Of a DNA stretch of 64,000 bases, positions 48,691 to 58,326 are shown one piece after another; the stretch's first letter is position 1; every line of letters starts with the position of its first letter. This stretch comes from a virus. Its lineage: Duplodnaviria; Caudoviricetes. The notes under the pieces were generated by a model. The model searched no databases. It saw nothing but the letters and a program-made list of their open reading frames with translations, and was not told where the DNA came from. The position numbers and the translations under genes were made by a program. The stretch lies in IMG/VR virus record IMGVR_UViG_3300033066_001054. One strand, given 5' to 3'.

Positions 48691-48784
48691 ATTGAGAGCA
48701 ATTAGAAGGACCACGTTGCCAAATCGGATAAAAAGACTGATAAGCCATTAGACCACTGAAGCTATGACCAAAAATCGGATATAG

Positions 48785-49075
48785 GTGGTCGAATATGGTG
48801 AAAAACGTATTCTTCAGCTAATAGCTGAGGGGTTATCGAGAGCACAAAAAATGCGCCAGCTACCCAAAGAACTTCAATCAATTGATTGCCCTGACTTGCA
48901 GCGAGCAATCAAGGAATGTGTCGAGGTAGCCGCTGCCAATTGGGGCATGGATGCAAGCGAGGCATCCGATATAGTGATTGACCGCCTCAAGAGCAACCTA
49001 GTGTCTCGAAAGTCCCTGGTTTCCGCACGTCGATATCTGAGAGAAATCCCAGAGCAAGACTACGGAGACTATTAA
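48785..49075 (+). CDS. Hypothetical protein
   Basis: 96-aa ORF followed by a terminator. Confidence 0.55.
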   Translation: MVEYGEKRILQLIAEGLSRAQKMRQLPKELQSIDCPDLQRAIKECVEVAAANWGMDASEASDIVIDRLKSNLVSRKSLVSARRYLREIPEQDYGDY

Positions 49076-49079
49076 CCCG

Positions 49080-49118
49080 TGGTCCGAATTGCGCAAATAC
49101 GCGATTCGGACCATTTTT
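49080..49118 (+). terminator. Intrinsic terminator
   Basis: TGGTCCGAATTGCG-caaata-CGCGATTCGGACCA-TTTTT. Confidence 0.85.
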
Positions 49119-49182
49119 CGTGTATCAACGCGGCTTTAGGTGCGATAAGTAAAAGAACACAACGCAATCTAACAGGCTCGCA

Positions 49183-51903
49183 ATGGAGCAAAAAGAAGTG
49201 ATAAAAACAATGCCTACAGAATCTGAATCGTCCACCCAGCCCGTCGCACAGCTACCTGTGCCGCAATTTACCGCAGCGCAAGTCATTGCTAGTAGCATCG
49301 AATATTTCGATGGAGACGAAATGGCCGCAACCACGTTTGCCAACAAATATGCGCTGCAAACAAGCCTCGGCGGCCTTACACCATATTGCGAACTAAATCC
49401 TAACGATATGCACGACCGCATAGCTCGCGAACTGCATCGTATAGAAAGCAAGTACCCCAATCCGAGAAAGTACAAAGAGTTTCGAGAAGCACTTCAGGGG
49501 TTTGAGAAAATTGTTCCCCAGGGCTCTCCAATGTACGGAATTGGCAATCCGTATGCTATTGTGTCGTTGTCAAACTGCGTTGTTGTCGAAAGTCCAGAAG
49601 ACAATATGTCGTCAATTTTTGAATCGGGAAAGGAACTAGCTAATCTCTACAAACGACGTGCTGGCGTGGGTTTGTCTCTTGATACGTTGCGCCCAGAGAA
49701 CGCGCCGGTTAGCAATGCGGCGAAGGCATCAACTGGTGCATGGTCATTTGCAGACTTCTATTCAAACGTTACTAGAATGGTTGGTCAAGCCGGCAGACGC
49801 GGCGCATTGATGCTAACCATGAACATGTTGCACCCAGACGTACACAAGTTCATTGGAATGAAGCAAGACATCAGCAATGTCACCGGAGCCAATGTTTCAG
49901 TAATGCTTGGCGACTCATTCATGAATGCGGCAACAACGCCGGGCGCCGAATGGATTACTAGGTGGTCTCAAGACAAGAATATTCAGATGACTGATGAAGA
50001 AGTTGAAGAATTGCTTGCGCTTGGTGGCGAGTGGGTTTATGCAGAAATCAACGTGCCGGTATTACGCGACACTGATGAATCACACCCAGTATTGAAAACA
50101 TGGACATGGAAATCATCTCACCCAGATTTTCCAAGGCTCACTTCATTTAGAAAGTTTGTGGCCGCTGAACTATGGGAGTTTCTTAATCGTTGTGCAAGGA
50201 ACACCGCAGAACCCGGATTGCTTTTCTGGGACAACTACGGCAGAGAACTTCCTGCTAACTATTACCCAGGGTTCAAGAGCACATCTACCAATCCTTGTAG
50301 CGAAATCGCATTGAGCCCATATGACTCTTGTCGATTGACTTCTTTGAACCTCAAGGGCTTCGTCAAGAATCCATTTACGCCAGATGCGTACTTTGATTTT
50401 GAAGAGTTTTCTCACTACGTTCGCCTTGGTATGAGGGTCATGGACAACATTGTTGACCTTGAAATCGAATGCCTGAAGAATATCATTAACATGATTGCCG
50501 AAGAGGATGAGAAAATCCTTTGGGGTAAATTGCTCAATGCGGCTCAGAGTGGTCGTAGAACCGGTCTTGGAACCCATGCACTTGGTGACGCATTGGCGTG
50601 CCTATGCTTAAGATATGACAGTGATGAAGCAATTGCGCAAGTCAACAGCATTTACAACTGCTTGAGAGACAGTGCTTATCGAGAAAGTGTCAATCTTGCC
50701 AAAGAACGCGGTTGCTTCCCGGTTTATGACTGGGAAACAGAGAAGAGTTGTCCGTTTATTCAAAGACTGCCAAGTGATATCACTGAAGAAATGAAGCAAT
50801 TCGGCCGCCGAAACATTAGTTTGTTGACTAATGCACCAACTGGCAGTGTGTCCATTGTGTCGCGCACGAGCTCAGGTATTGAGCCAACATTTAGGCACTT
50901 CTATGTACGACGACAGAAAATCAATCCAAACGACGCTGATGCTCGAGTTGATTTCAAGGATGCAAGCGGTGATTCGTGGCAGCACTTTGATGTGTTTGAG
51001 CGCAATATGCGAGAATTCTTTGAGTTCAATCCAGATATCAAGGCTCAGTGGGATGAGATTTATCACAAGTCGCCACACAAGGAGTTTTCTGACAACATGC
51101 AATTCTGGACAGATGAGTTGAACAAAATCTTGCCAGATTACTTTGTCTATGCAGAAATGATTGACCCACTTCAGAGAGTTAGATTGCAGGGTGTACTTCA
51201 GTCATACATTGACCATGGTGTTTCATCCACAATCAACATGAACAAAGATGTCACATCGGATTACGTTCGTCAAATCTATGAAGAGGCATGGCGATGTGGT
51301 CTAAAAGGCGTTACCGTCTACAGAGATAAGTCACGAAGTGGAGTTTTGGTTACAAGTACTGATTCCAAGGCTCCGACTGGCATTATTGAACATGATGCGC
51401 CTAAGCGGCCGGAAATCCTTCCGTGTCACATTGAGCGTGCTACGGTCGAGGGTGAAAAGTGGACTATCTTTGTTGGACTGCTTGATGGTAAGCCCTATGA
51501 GATTTTTGGCGGGCTGGCTGAGAATATTGAGATTCCAAAGAAGTACACCACTGGGTACATCCGTAAGCGAAAGTGTGAAAAGCGCGAAAACACTGACGAA
51601 ACCTCAAAGAGAAAAGCGTGTTATGACCTTATCGCCGGCGATGATGACGACCCGCTGATTGTCAAGGATGTTGTTATCAACTTCAATGATGACAAATACG
51701 GATGGGGAACCAGGATGCTTTCAACAATGTTGCGTCACGGCGTGCCACTTAGGTACATTGTCGAGCAACTTCGCCGTAGCTATGCCACTTCACTGCACTC
51801 ATTTAACAAAGCCATGGCTAGAGTTTTGGCAAAATACGATGAATCAGATGGTACTGGCGAAATTGAAAAACCAGACAATTGCAGAACAGGAAACTGTGAG
51901 TAA
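49183..51903 (+). CDS. nrdJ: Class II (adenosylcobalamin-dependent) ribonucleotide reductase
   Basis: SNC, RRGALM, TNPCSE, RRTGLG, APTGS, GIEP and KGVTVYR motifs; C-terminal CxxxxC; no beta subunit nearby. Confidence 0.9.
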   Translation: MEQKEVIKTMPTESESSTQPVAQLPVPQFTAAQVIASSIEYFDGDEMAATTFANKYALQTSLGGLTPYCELNPNDMHDRIARELHRIESKYPNPRKYKEFREALQGFEKIVPQGSPMYGIGNPYAIVSLSNCVVVESPEDNMSSIFESGKELANLYKRRAGVGLSLDTLRPENAPVSNAAKASTGAWSFADFYSNVTRMVGQAGRRGALMLTMNMLHPDVHKFIGMKQDISNVTGANVSVMLGDSFMNAATTPGAEWITRWSQDKNIQMTDEEVEELLALGGEWVYAEINVPVLRDTDESHPVLKTWTWKSSHPDFPRLTSFRKFVAAELWEFLNRCARNTAEPGLLFWDNYGRELPANYYPGFKSTSTNPCSEIALSPYDSCRLTSLNLKGFVKNPFTPDAYFDFEEFSHYVRLGMRVMDNIVDLEIECLKNIINMIAEEDEKILWGKLLNAAQSGRRTGLGTHALGDALACLCLRYDSDEAIAQVNSIYNCLRDSAYRESVNLAKERGCFPVYDWETEKSCPFIQRLPSDITEEMKQFGRRNISLLTNAPTGSVSIVSRTSSGIEPTFRHFYVRRQKINPNDADARVDFKDASGDSWQHFDVFERNMREFFEFNPDIKAQWDEIYHKSPHKEFSDNMQFWTDELNKILPDYFVYAEMIDPLQRVRLQGVLQSYIDHGVSSTINMNKDVTSDYVRQIYEEAWRCGLKGVTVYRDKSRSGVLVTSTDSKAPTGIIEHDAPKRPEILPCHIERATVEGEKWTIFVGLLDGKPYEIFGGLAENIEIPKKYTTGYIRKRKCEKRENTDETSKRKACYDLIAGDDDDPLIVKDVVINFNDDKYGWGTRMLSTMLRHGVPLRYIVEQLRRSYATSLHSFNKAMARVLAKYDESDGTGEIEKPDNCRTGNCE

Positions 51904-51905
51904 CC

Positions 51906-51941
51906 AACAAGAGTGCCGGAGCAATCCGGCACTCTTGTTTT
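51906..51941 (+). terminator. Intrinsic terminator
   Basis: AACAAGAGTGCCGGA-gcaa-TCCGGCACTCTTGTT-TT. Confidence 0.85.
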
Positions 51942-51960
51942 GAACTTGTATAAACGCACC

Positions 51961-52401
51961 ATGGCTCACAAAACAATCAAAGCAGTCATTGTAGACGCTA
52001 TGTTCGCAGAAGCGTATGTAGACACACCGAGGGGCGAACAATTTGTAGGTTCTATCGAACTGCAAATCAGAGACATCGCATCAGACGACATCTATATCAA
52101 GAAGCTCACCGAAGCGGATTTGTGTGAAATCTCTGGTATTGACAAGGCATTCTCACCACTTGAAATCATCAAAGTTGCCGAGCACTTGCGAAGGTTCACT
52201 CAACCAATTGAATTGGATGTAGATGACAGGACTCATTTGATTAGCAATGCGATGATTAAGGGCGGCGTTGCAACAGAAGAGGCACCCCCAACACCCGTGC
52301 GTAAAAAGCCACCTGTAACAAAACCGAATTTTGGATTCAACCCAGAAAAGGCAGGTGAGGCAATGGCATCTCGCAAACGAAAACCAAAACCTCAGGCATA
52401 A
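51961..52401 (+). CDS. Hypothetical protein
   Basis: ATG 6 nt after TGTATAAA. Confidence 0.65.
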   Translation: MAHKTIKAVIVDAMFAEAYVDTPRGEQFVGSIELQIRDIASDDIYIKKLTEADLCEISGIDKAFSPLEIIKVAEHLRRFTQPIELDVDDRTHLISNAMIKGGVATEEAPPTPVRKKPPVTKPNFGFNPEKAGEAMASRKRKPKPQA

Positions 52402-52407
52402 TAATGC

Positions 52408-52899
52408 ATGCCCAAATCTGAAACCACATATCGAGAGTCTGTTAACCTATACGCACTTGCGCGTCAATTGCAAGAACGGTATTACATGCATCTCGGGTAC
52501 ATCGACATGGATGCGATATATTTCGCTGACAAAATTGGAGATAAGCCTCAAAAGTCTCCGGTGATTGACGTAAGCGGAGTTCGAAGCCAGTGGGTGCGCC
52601 AAATTCTTAGCCACACATCAAACAACAAGCTGTACTGTATTGCGGCCTGGTTCACCGAATGGAGCGAACTGCCGTACAATCAGCAAGAGTGGTTGATGTT
52701 TGACACGCTGTATTCTATCGGTGTGGAAAATGACGGTAAGATGCGCGGCAAAGATGTATTTGAGCACGGAATCATTGCAGATTTTCTTGGCGTATATTGG
52801 CGCAAAGACCTCGAAGTTCCGTCATTGCTCAACTCTCCAGACCCGTTGCCGATTCCACCCCCTCCGTCACTCCACGAAGACGAAGGCAGCACTCTCTAA
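52408..52899 (+). CDS. Phage metallopeptidase-like protein, probably inactive
   Basis: W..L...QQ..L.(FDTLYSI)...G.MR..D..E pattern; HExxH absent. Confidence 0.5.
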   Translation: MPKSETTYRESVNLYALARQLQERYYMHLGYIDMDAIYFADKIGDKPQKSPVIDVSGVRSQWVRQILSHTSNNKLYCIAAWFTEWSELPYNQQEWLMFDTLYSIGVENDGKMRGKDVFEHGIIADFLGVYWRKDLEVPSLLNSPDPLPIPPPPSLHEDEGSTL

Positions 52900-52968
52900 T
52901 CAAGAAGACACAAATCGCTCAAGACATCGGGTATGATATACACAGACCGGTGTCTTGAGTTTTTCAAT

Positions 52969-54072
52969 ATGTCTACCACATCACTTTACAACAAATACAG
53001 ACCGTATCAGTTCGGTCAAGTCAAGCAAGCCTTCGCGTCGCGCGTATTGCGCTCACAAGTACTGGCGGACAAGTATCCTAATGCATACTTGCTTCAGGGA
53101 CCCGCAGGTACTGGAAAAACCACCCTGGCCAGGATTATGGCGGCCGCGATGTTGTGCGACAACCGGAATAATGATGGTGAACCCTGCGGTGAATGTCAGT
53201 CATGCAAGCTCACTCGTGGCGGTAAGAACCGCGATGTCATGGAAGAGAACTGTGCAGACAATAGTGGTATTGATGACATTCGCTCAATTATTGACGAGCG
53301 TTTACGCATTGCGCCTTCGATTGGCAAGTACAGAATCTTCATCTTAGATGAGGTACAGCGACTGTCTCGGGACGCACAAGGCGCAATGCTTAAGCACCTA
53401 GAAGAACCTCCGGCATACGTCAAGTTCTTCTTATGCACAACAGACCCAGAAAAACTGCTACCTGCCTTACAAACTCGTTGTCAGCGACATGTGCTCAAGC
53501 CGGTCTCTGAGGATGACCTGGTTGATTTGCTCAAAGATGTGAGCGACCAAGAAGGGATTGTGTATGACAATGATGGCCTGCGCATGATTGCTGAATCGTC
53601 TCAGGGCAGTGCTAGACAGGCTTTAGTGTATCTAGAACACGCTGCGACCATTGAGTCTGCTACAACCGAAGCAGTAGGTCAGGTTCTCGGACGCGGGCCA
53701 GTTGGATTTTGCCGAGACCTGTTGAATCATGTGATTGATTGTGAAGATGTCGCTATTCTGCAAATGCTAGATGTAGTCAAGACAGAAGGTTTAGACCGCG
53801 TTGCAATTGCATCTGAGTGCTTGAGATTGTTAATGTCGGTGCAACGTGCCAAAACACTTGGTGAGTCGCTGGACAGTAACCCCATTCTTGAGCCACTGGC
53901 CCAGAAGTACAAAAAGGGCTCAATTAACGCCGTGGCTCAATACCTGGTCGAGTCTTTGACGCACATGCGCGGTGGTGGTGTTATTGATGACGCCGTGTTG
54001 CAGATGAACCTGTTGCGTGCGTCTGAGTTTGTGCGCGTTAAACGCGCTGAAGCCGCCACAAAGAACAAATAG
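52969..54072 (+). CDS. dnaX: Clamp loader gamma/tau subunit
   Basis: KYRP, GPAGTGKTT, C...PCGECQSC, LDE, LEEPP and TRC motifs. Confidence 0.93.
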   Translation: MSTTSLYNKYRPYQFGQVKQAFASRVLRSQVLADKYPNAYLLQGPAGTGKTTLARIMAAAMLCDNRNNDGEPCGECQSCKLTRGGKNRDVMEENCADNSGIDDIRSIIDERLRIAPSIGKYRIFILDEVQRLSRDAQGAMLKHLEEPPAYVKFFLCTTDPEKLLPALQTRCQRHVLKPVSEDDLVDLLKDVSDQEGIVYDNDGLRMIAESSQGSARQALVYLEHAATIESATTEAVGQVLGRGPVGFCRDLLNHVIDCEDVAILQMLDVVKTEGLDRVAIASECLRLLMSVQRAKTLGESLDSNPILEPLAQKYKKGSINAVAQYLVESLTHMRGGGVIDDAVLQMNLLRASEFVRVKRAEAATKNK

Positions 54073-54118
54073 TCCCCCATAGATAGGACGCAGGCACTCA
54101 TGTTGAGAAAAACTCATC

Positions 54119-54529
54119 ATGAGTGCCTGCGATTTTATGAGCGACCTGGGCAAATCATACAACGTTACTAAAGCATATGAGCAAACAGTTGTATGGATGA
54201 ATTCAGTTGAGATTAGCTTTCTTTATGGTCGAACACCCAATGTTGTTTACATTGACAGCATTGTGGCCAAACAGCCTGGTCAGAAAATGGGCACCATGGC
54301 AATCAAAGAACTCACATACTACGCAGACAAACACAACGTAGTGCTTTGGCTTGAGGTCAAACCAATTCCGCATATGTATGGCAATCGGCCGGCATTGACC
54401 GAAGACAAGCTGGTTGAAATATACAAGCGATTTGGCTTCCATCAGATTAGTTTCGGAAATCGAACCGAACTAGGCGGATTTATAGACATGCTCAGGCAAC
54501 CAAAATCCGCGAAAACCCCCAACTTTTGA
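54119..54529 (+). CDS. GNAT-fold acetyltransferase-like protein
   Basis: IDSI......GQKMGT and LVEIYKRFGF motifs. Confidence 0.65.
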   Translation: MSACDFMSDLGKSYNVTKAYEQTVVWMNSVEISFLYGRTPNVVYIDSIVAKQPGQKMGTMAIKELTYYADKHNVVLWLEVKPIPHMYGNRPALTEDKLVEIYKRFGFHQISFGNRTELGGFIDMLRQPKSAKTPNF

Positions 54530-54619
54530 AGTTTTGTGTACAAGTGTTATTACGCAGTAATGCGTATGGCCCGAAAAACACAGACGATGCCGCCTGCCCT
54601 GCGCAGCCGAAGATAAATA

Positions 54620-55321
54620 TTGACGACACTCCGGGCCAAGAGTGGGGTTTATTTGAATTACGACGAAACGCGTCTGATGTTATTGGTCAATAGAGCTCGT
54701 GGTGGCGACGAAAGTGCGTTCAACGAGTTGATGCGCATTTTTGAACCTGAATTGCGCATGATTGCACAGCGACTTTATATTGCTGGCTCGGATATCAATG
54801 ACGTATTGCAAGAAACATACATAGGACTTTGGCGTGCGGTAGTGGATTATCGAGACGACGCAGGAACGTCATTCCACAACTTCGCCATAAATGTTTGTTG
54901 CAAACGCAGGGTTTACACTGCTATTAAGGCGAGTAATGGCAAGAAGTTCAAAATTCACAATACGGCCGAAAGTCTTGACAGACCCATAGTCACAGATGAT
55001 GACGACGGTAGCCAGACATTAGCAGATTTCATTGTTGACCACAATCCGTCTCCGTTAGACATGATTATCAACAAGTCAGAGTACATGGATAATGTTTCAG
55101 AACTCCACTCCAAGATGACAAGCATGGAGCAAACCGTATTTGACAGCTTTACCAAAGACAACACCTACGAAGAGATTGGCAAAGAACTGGACATCAAGCC
55201 AAAAGCCGCAGACAATGCACTTATGCGCATCAGAAAGAAGGCCACCAAAATTTACACAGAGTACAATTCAGAAGAACCCAAGGCTACAAAAAAGCCGAGA
55301 CGAAAAAACAAGTCGAAATAG
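54620..55321 (+). CDS. RNA polymerase sigma factor, SigH-like
   Basis: YIAG....D..QE..IGL..AV.DY, SF.NFA..C..R...TAIK, SLD and YEEI..EL....K..DNALMRIRKK motifs. Confidence 0.9.
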   Translation: MTTLRAKSGVYLNYDETRLMLLVNRARGGDESAFNELMRIFEPELRMIAQRLYIAGSDINDVLQETYIGLWRAVVDYRDDAGTSFHNFAINVCCKRRVYTAIKASNGKKFKIHNTAESLDRPIVTDDDDGSQTLADFIVDHNPSPLDMIINKSEYMDNVSELHSKMTSMEQTVFDSFTKDNTYEEIGKELDIKPKAADNALMRIRKKATKIYTEYNSEEPKATKKPRRKNKSK

Positions 55322-55383
55322 CCACCCGAGATGCGATAATCCATATTGGATATCAGGTATATTGAATCTCGGAGAAATCATCA

Positions 55384-56535
55384 GTGAAGTTTTTCATTCA
55401 ACGTAGCATCGTTTTACCACTACTGGCCCAGGCACTTGAAACATGCAGTGCCGCAAGCAAACAACACTCTTACACCGACTTCCTTATTGAACTTGGCGAA
55501 GGAAAGTTGCGTGTAACCAGCATCAACAACTATGCACAGCAATCAATTGTTGTTGACGTCAAAAACATGGACGGAGATGCAACCGCGTCTTTCACTGTTA
55601 CTGGCAAGAATCTGGTCGACCTACTTCGACAGACACACGACGAAGAACTCGAGTGTACGTACAGCGAAAAGAAACACGCTCTGAAAATTGCCTCTACCAC
55701 ACGCAAAATGGAGTATGTGTTTGTAACTGGAAACCCAGAAGAGTTTCAACCAATCACATTTCAGCCCGGAAAGAAAACATTCTCTATACCAGGCGTTGTT
55801 CTTGCCCAAGCATTTGGGTACACATACCCATCAACTAACAAAGAGAGTTCACAACGACCATTTACAGCAGTCAAGCTCATTATCAACAGTGATAAGCTCG
55901 TTGCTGAGTCAACAGACCGTAACCGAATCGCTATCTATGATTGCGAAATCCAAGACACCGGGACAGAAAACTTTGAGGTTCTTATCCCCAGAGAGGTTGC
56001 AGAGTCGGTATCAAAGATTGTTTCGGGTATCGAGAGCGTAACCGTTCGTCCATGCAACCGACATGTAGTGTTTGAATGGGAAGACACCGAGTTCGTAACA
56101 TCACTTGAGACCGACGAACAAAATGAATTCATTTCACTGAAAGATTTCTTCGATAACCCAGTTGTCGCCTCGTGCCACATCAGTCGCGAAGACCTGATTC
56201 GCTCAATGAAGCTGGCCGCGCTATTAGACTCAGACGCTGAAATCTATGTTTCGTGTGGTCCCGACGGTCTTGAACTCAGGACTGTCGAGAACGAAATCGG
56301 AGCCGGCGTTGATACCTTGCCTGCCAAGGATATTGAGGGAGAGTCAATGTGCTGTCTACCGCTCAAACATCTGCAAAAGGCGGTAGAATCATGTGATGAA
56401 GCGTGGATTACCGTTCATTGGTCTCAGCTTGAGAATGGTGAAATTGGTTGTGGAATCGAAGATGGCAATGGTTCTTTGAGGTTCTACGTATTTCCTGTTA
56501 GAAGCAAGGATTATGAAGAAGAAATCGAAAACTGA
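55384..56535 (+). CDS. dnaN: DNA polymerase III beta sliding clamp
   Basis: MKF.I.R start, EEF.PI, STD..RIA, LIP and three-domain length (383 aa). Confidence 0.85.
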   Translation: MKFFIQRSIVLPLLAQALETCSAASKQHSYTDFLIELGEGKLRVTSINNYAQQSIVVDVKNMDGDATASFTVTGKNLVDLLRQTHDEELECTYSEKKHALKIASTTRKMEYVFVTGNPEEFQPITFQPGKKTFSIPGVVLAQAFGYTYPSTNKESSQRPFTAVKLIINSDKLVAESTDRNRIAIYDCEIQDTGTENFEVLIPREVAESVSKIVSGIESVTVRPCNRHVVFEWEDTEFVTSLETDEQNEFISLKDFFDNPVVASCHISREDLIRSMKLAALLDSDAEIYVSCGPDGLELRTVENEIGAGVDTLPAKDIEGESMCCLPLKHLQKAVESCDEAWITVHWSQLENGEIGCGIEDGNGSLRFYVFPVRSKDYEEEIEN

Positions 56536-57601
56536 TGCCATTGGCATATGGTCTAAAGTCTACGTTATTGAGGGCGAACCCACTGGGTGCGCCCTCGCTT
56601 TAGAAGAACTCAAAGACACTCTCAAAAGCAAAGTGGCGCGAGTGTCTGACGTGGACACACTTAAGTCTACTTGTCAGGCATTTCAGTTTGGCGGAACTGG
56701 CACTATTGTATTGGTACAATCTCCCAAGGCCGAAATGCTTGCGGCAATGCTGGACATTGCCAACTCGCCAGGTGCGCGGTGTACCGCATTGATAGCGTAC
56801 TATCCTGGCGCATATGCTGACCGTCGAACATCGTTCATCTCTGAAGCCAATAAACGAAATCGTACTTATGAATACGCATATCACATTGTTAATGAACCAG
56901 AAGAACTTCGCAAACAACTGACAGACTGGGAGTCTCGGTCTGGTGTTAAGATTGCTGTAAAGGCCAAGCCATGGCTTGTAGAACATGCACCGGTTAAGAA
57001 AGCAGACGTCAGAGGTCCAAAAGGCGCAAAAGAAGAGCTTGTATATGACATACCATCGCTAGAGTCAGACCTCAATAAGCTGGCAGCGCTGGCAACCGCA
57101 GAGGGCAGGGACATCTTGTCGGTTGATGACTTAGAGATGGGTATTTACACCGCATCAATAGATAGTCAATGGGATTATTGTGATGCCTTTATTCTAGGTA
57201 ACGAGGGTATCTTGAAGATGGAACTCCCAGAACAAAATTACGTTGGTGCCACAAGAATGCTTGCGTCACAGTGTCAATTTGCGGCTCAGGTAAAGGCGTA
57301 TGGAGATAGGGCGATTGACAATTCTGACGCCGTGGCAATGCACATTGGTGGTGCAGAAATGGCAGCAAAATATACTTTCCTTGGTGGAACAAGCGAAGGG
57401 TACAAGAAAGCACACCCATTTAGGGTCAAAATGGCCGCACGCAAGTTCAAAAATGTTTCGTTACAGCGCATAGTAAGTTTGATAGAATTGTGTGATGCCG
57501 CAACCAAAGACATGCTTAGTGGTCACGCCCACCAAACGGTATACAATATGATGATACTGGCATCGTTGAATCAAATGCAATACTGCAAGTTCGCCAAATA
57601 A
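56513..57601 (+). CDS. holA: Clamp loader delta subunit-like protein
   Basis: VYVIEGE, AD.R, L.S.L.KL, HPFRVK and D...K motifs; follows dnaN. Confidence 0.7.
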   Translation: MKKKSKTDAIGIWSKVYVIEGEPTGCALALEELKDTLKSKVARVSDVDTLKSTCQAFQFGGTGTIVLVQSPKAEMLAAMLDIANSPGARCTALIAYYPGAYADRRTSFISEANKRNRTYEYAYHIVNEPEELRKQLTDWESRSGVKIAVKAKPWLVEHAPVKKADVRGPKGAKEELVYDIPSLESDLNKLAALATAEGRDILSVDDLEMGIYTASIDSQWDYCDAFILGNEGILKMELPEQNYVGATRMLASQCQFAAQVKAYGDRAIDNSDAVAMHIGGAEMAAKYTFLGGTSEGYKKAHPFRVKMAARKFKNVSLQRIVSLIELCDAATKDMLSGHAHQTVYNMMILASLNQMQYCKFAK

Positions 57602-57630
57602 TGTATAAACTCACTGAGGCTTTCAGTGAG
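57602..57630 (+). promoter_or_regulatory. TGTATAAA motif followed by a hairpin containing the sigma GTG start
   Basis: CTCACTGA (57610-17)-ggctt-TCAGTGAG (57623-30); GTG at 57626. Confidence 0.55.
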
Positions 57631-58237
57631 AACAAGGCACTACGAATACATAGACGAGTTGGTTGTACGCGCAAAAAATGGCGACGATAATGCCTTGTTG
57701 TTGATTATTGACTTCTATCAACCACTACTCAAAACATCAATCAAGTACTGCGTCTCAAGATATCCTGTTGCCGCATGCTATACCGAAGACATTGAGGCTG
57801 ACTTGTATCTCATCATGCGCGAATTAGTTAGGCAATATGATGCCGAACTGTCGTTCTTTTCGTATTTTCTGTCAACTCGTATTGACTTCGTTCTGCAAAC
57901 CCATGTGCGCAAAAGCTATCTCGACAGTAGTGTTGGAGGGAGAAGACCAAAGGAAATCTTCATTGAAGATATGCCAGAAGACTGGGAACCATTCGTAGAC
58001 CAAGACCCTGTTGGTAAAATCATTGCAAGTGCAGACCTTTCTTCTGCGCTTTTGAAACTCGAAGACAAGTATAGGACAGCAGTGCAGTTGTACTTTTTTG
58101 AGGGTATGAATCAACAACAAGCGGCCGATTATCTGTCCATAACACAGTCTTCGTTTTCCAAAAGGCTCAACAAGGCCATAGAGCAACTGAGAGATTTTAT
58201 GTCTGATTTCGAAAAAACCCTTATCACAAAGGAATAA
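57626..58237 (+). CDS. Sigma-70 family RNA polymerase sigma factor
   Basis: LV.RAKNGD..A, regions 2 and 4 (L..L....R....LYFFEGM.Q...A..L.ITQS..SKR). Confidence 0.88.
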   Translation: MRTRHYEYIDELVVRAKNGDDNALLLIIDFYQPLLKTSIKYCVSRYPVAACYTEDIEADLYLIMRELVRQYDAELSFFSYFLSTRIDFVLQTHVRKSYLDSSVGGRRPKEIFIEDMPEDWEPFVDQDPVGKIIASADLSSALLKLEDKYRTAVQLYFFEGMNQQQAADYLSITQSSFSKRLNKAIEQLRDFMSDFEKTLITKE

Positions 58238-58326
58238 TATCGGTCTCGGCATAATACTATAGAATTAGGCTTCTCATATGTGTCATTATCGGCACTGCTT
58301 AGTACGCGCGTGTATTAGGTCATTTT

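Noticed and set aside
49076-49182. Cobalamin riboswitch upstream of nrdJ
   Set aside because: The gap is about 100 nt, mostly a terminator plus the TGCGATAA motif, with no recognisable B12 box.
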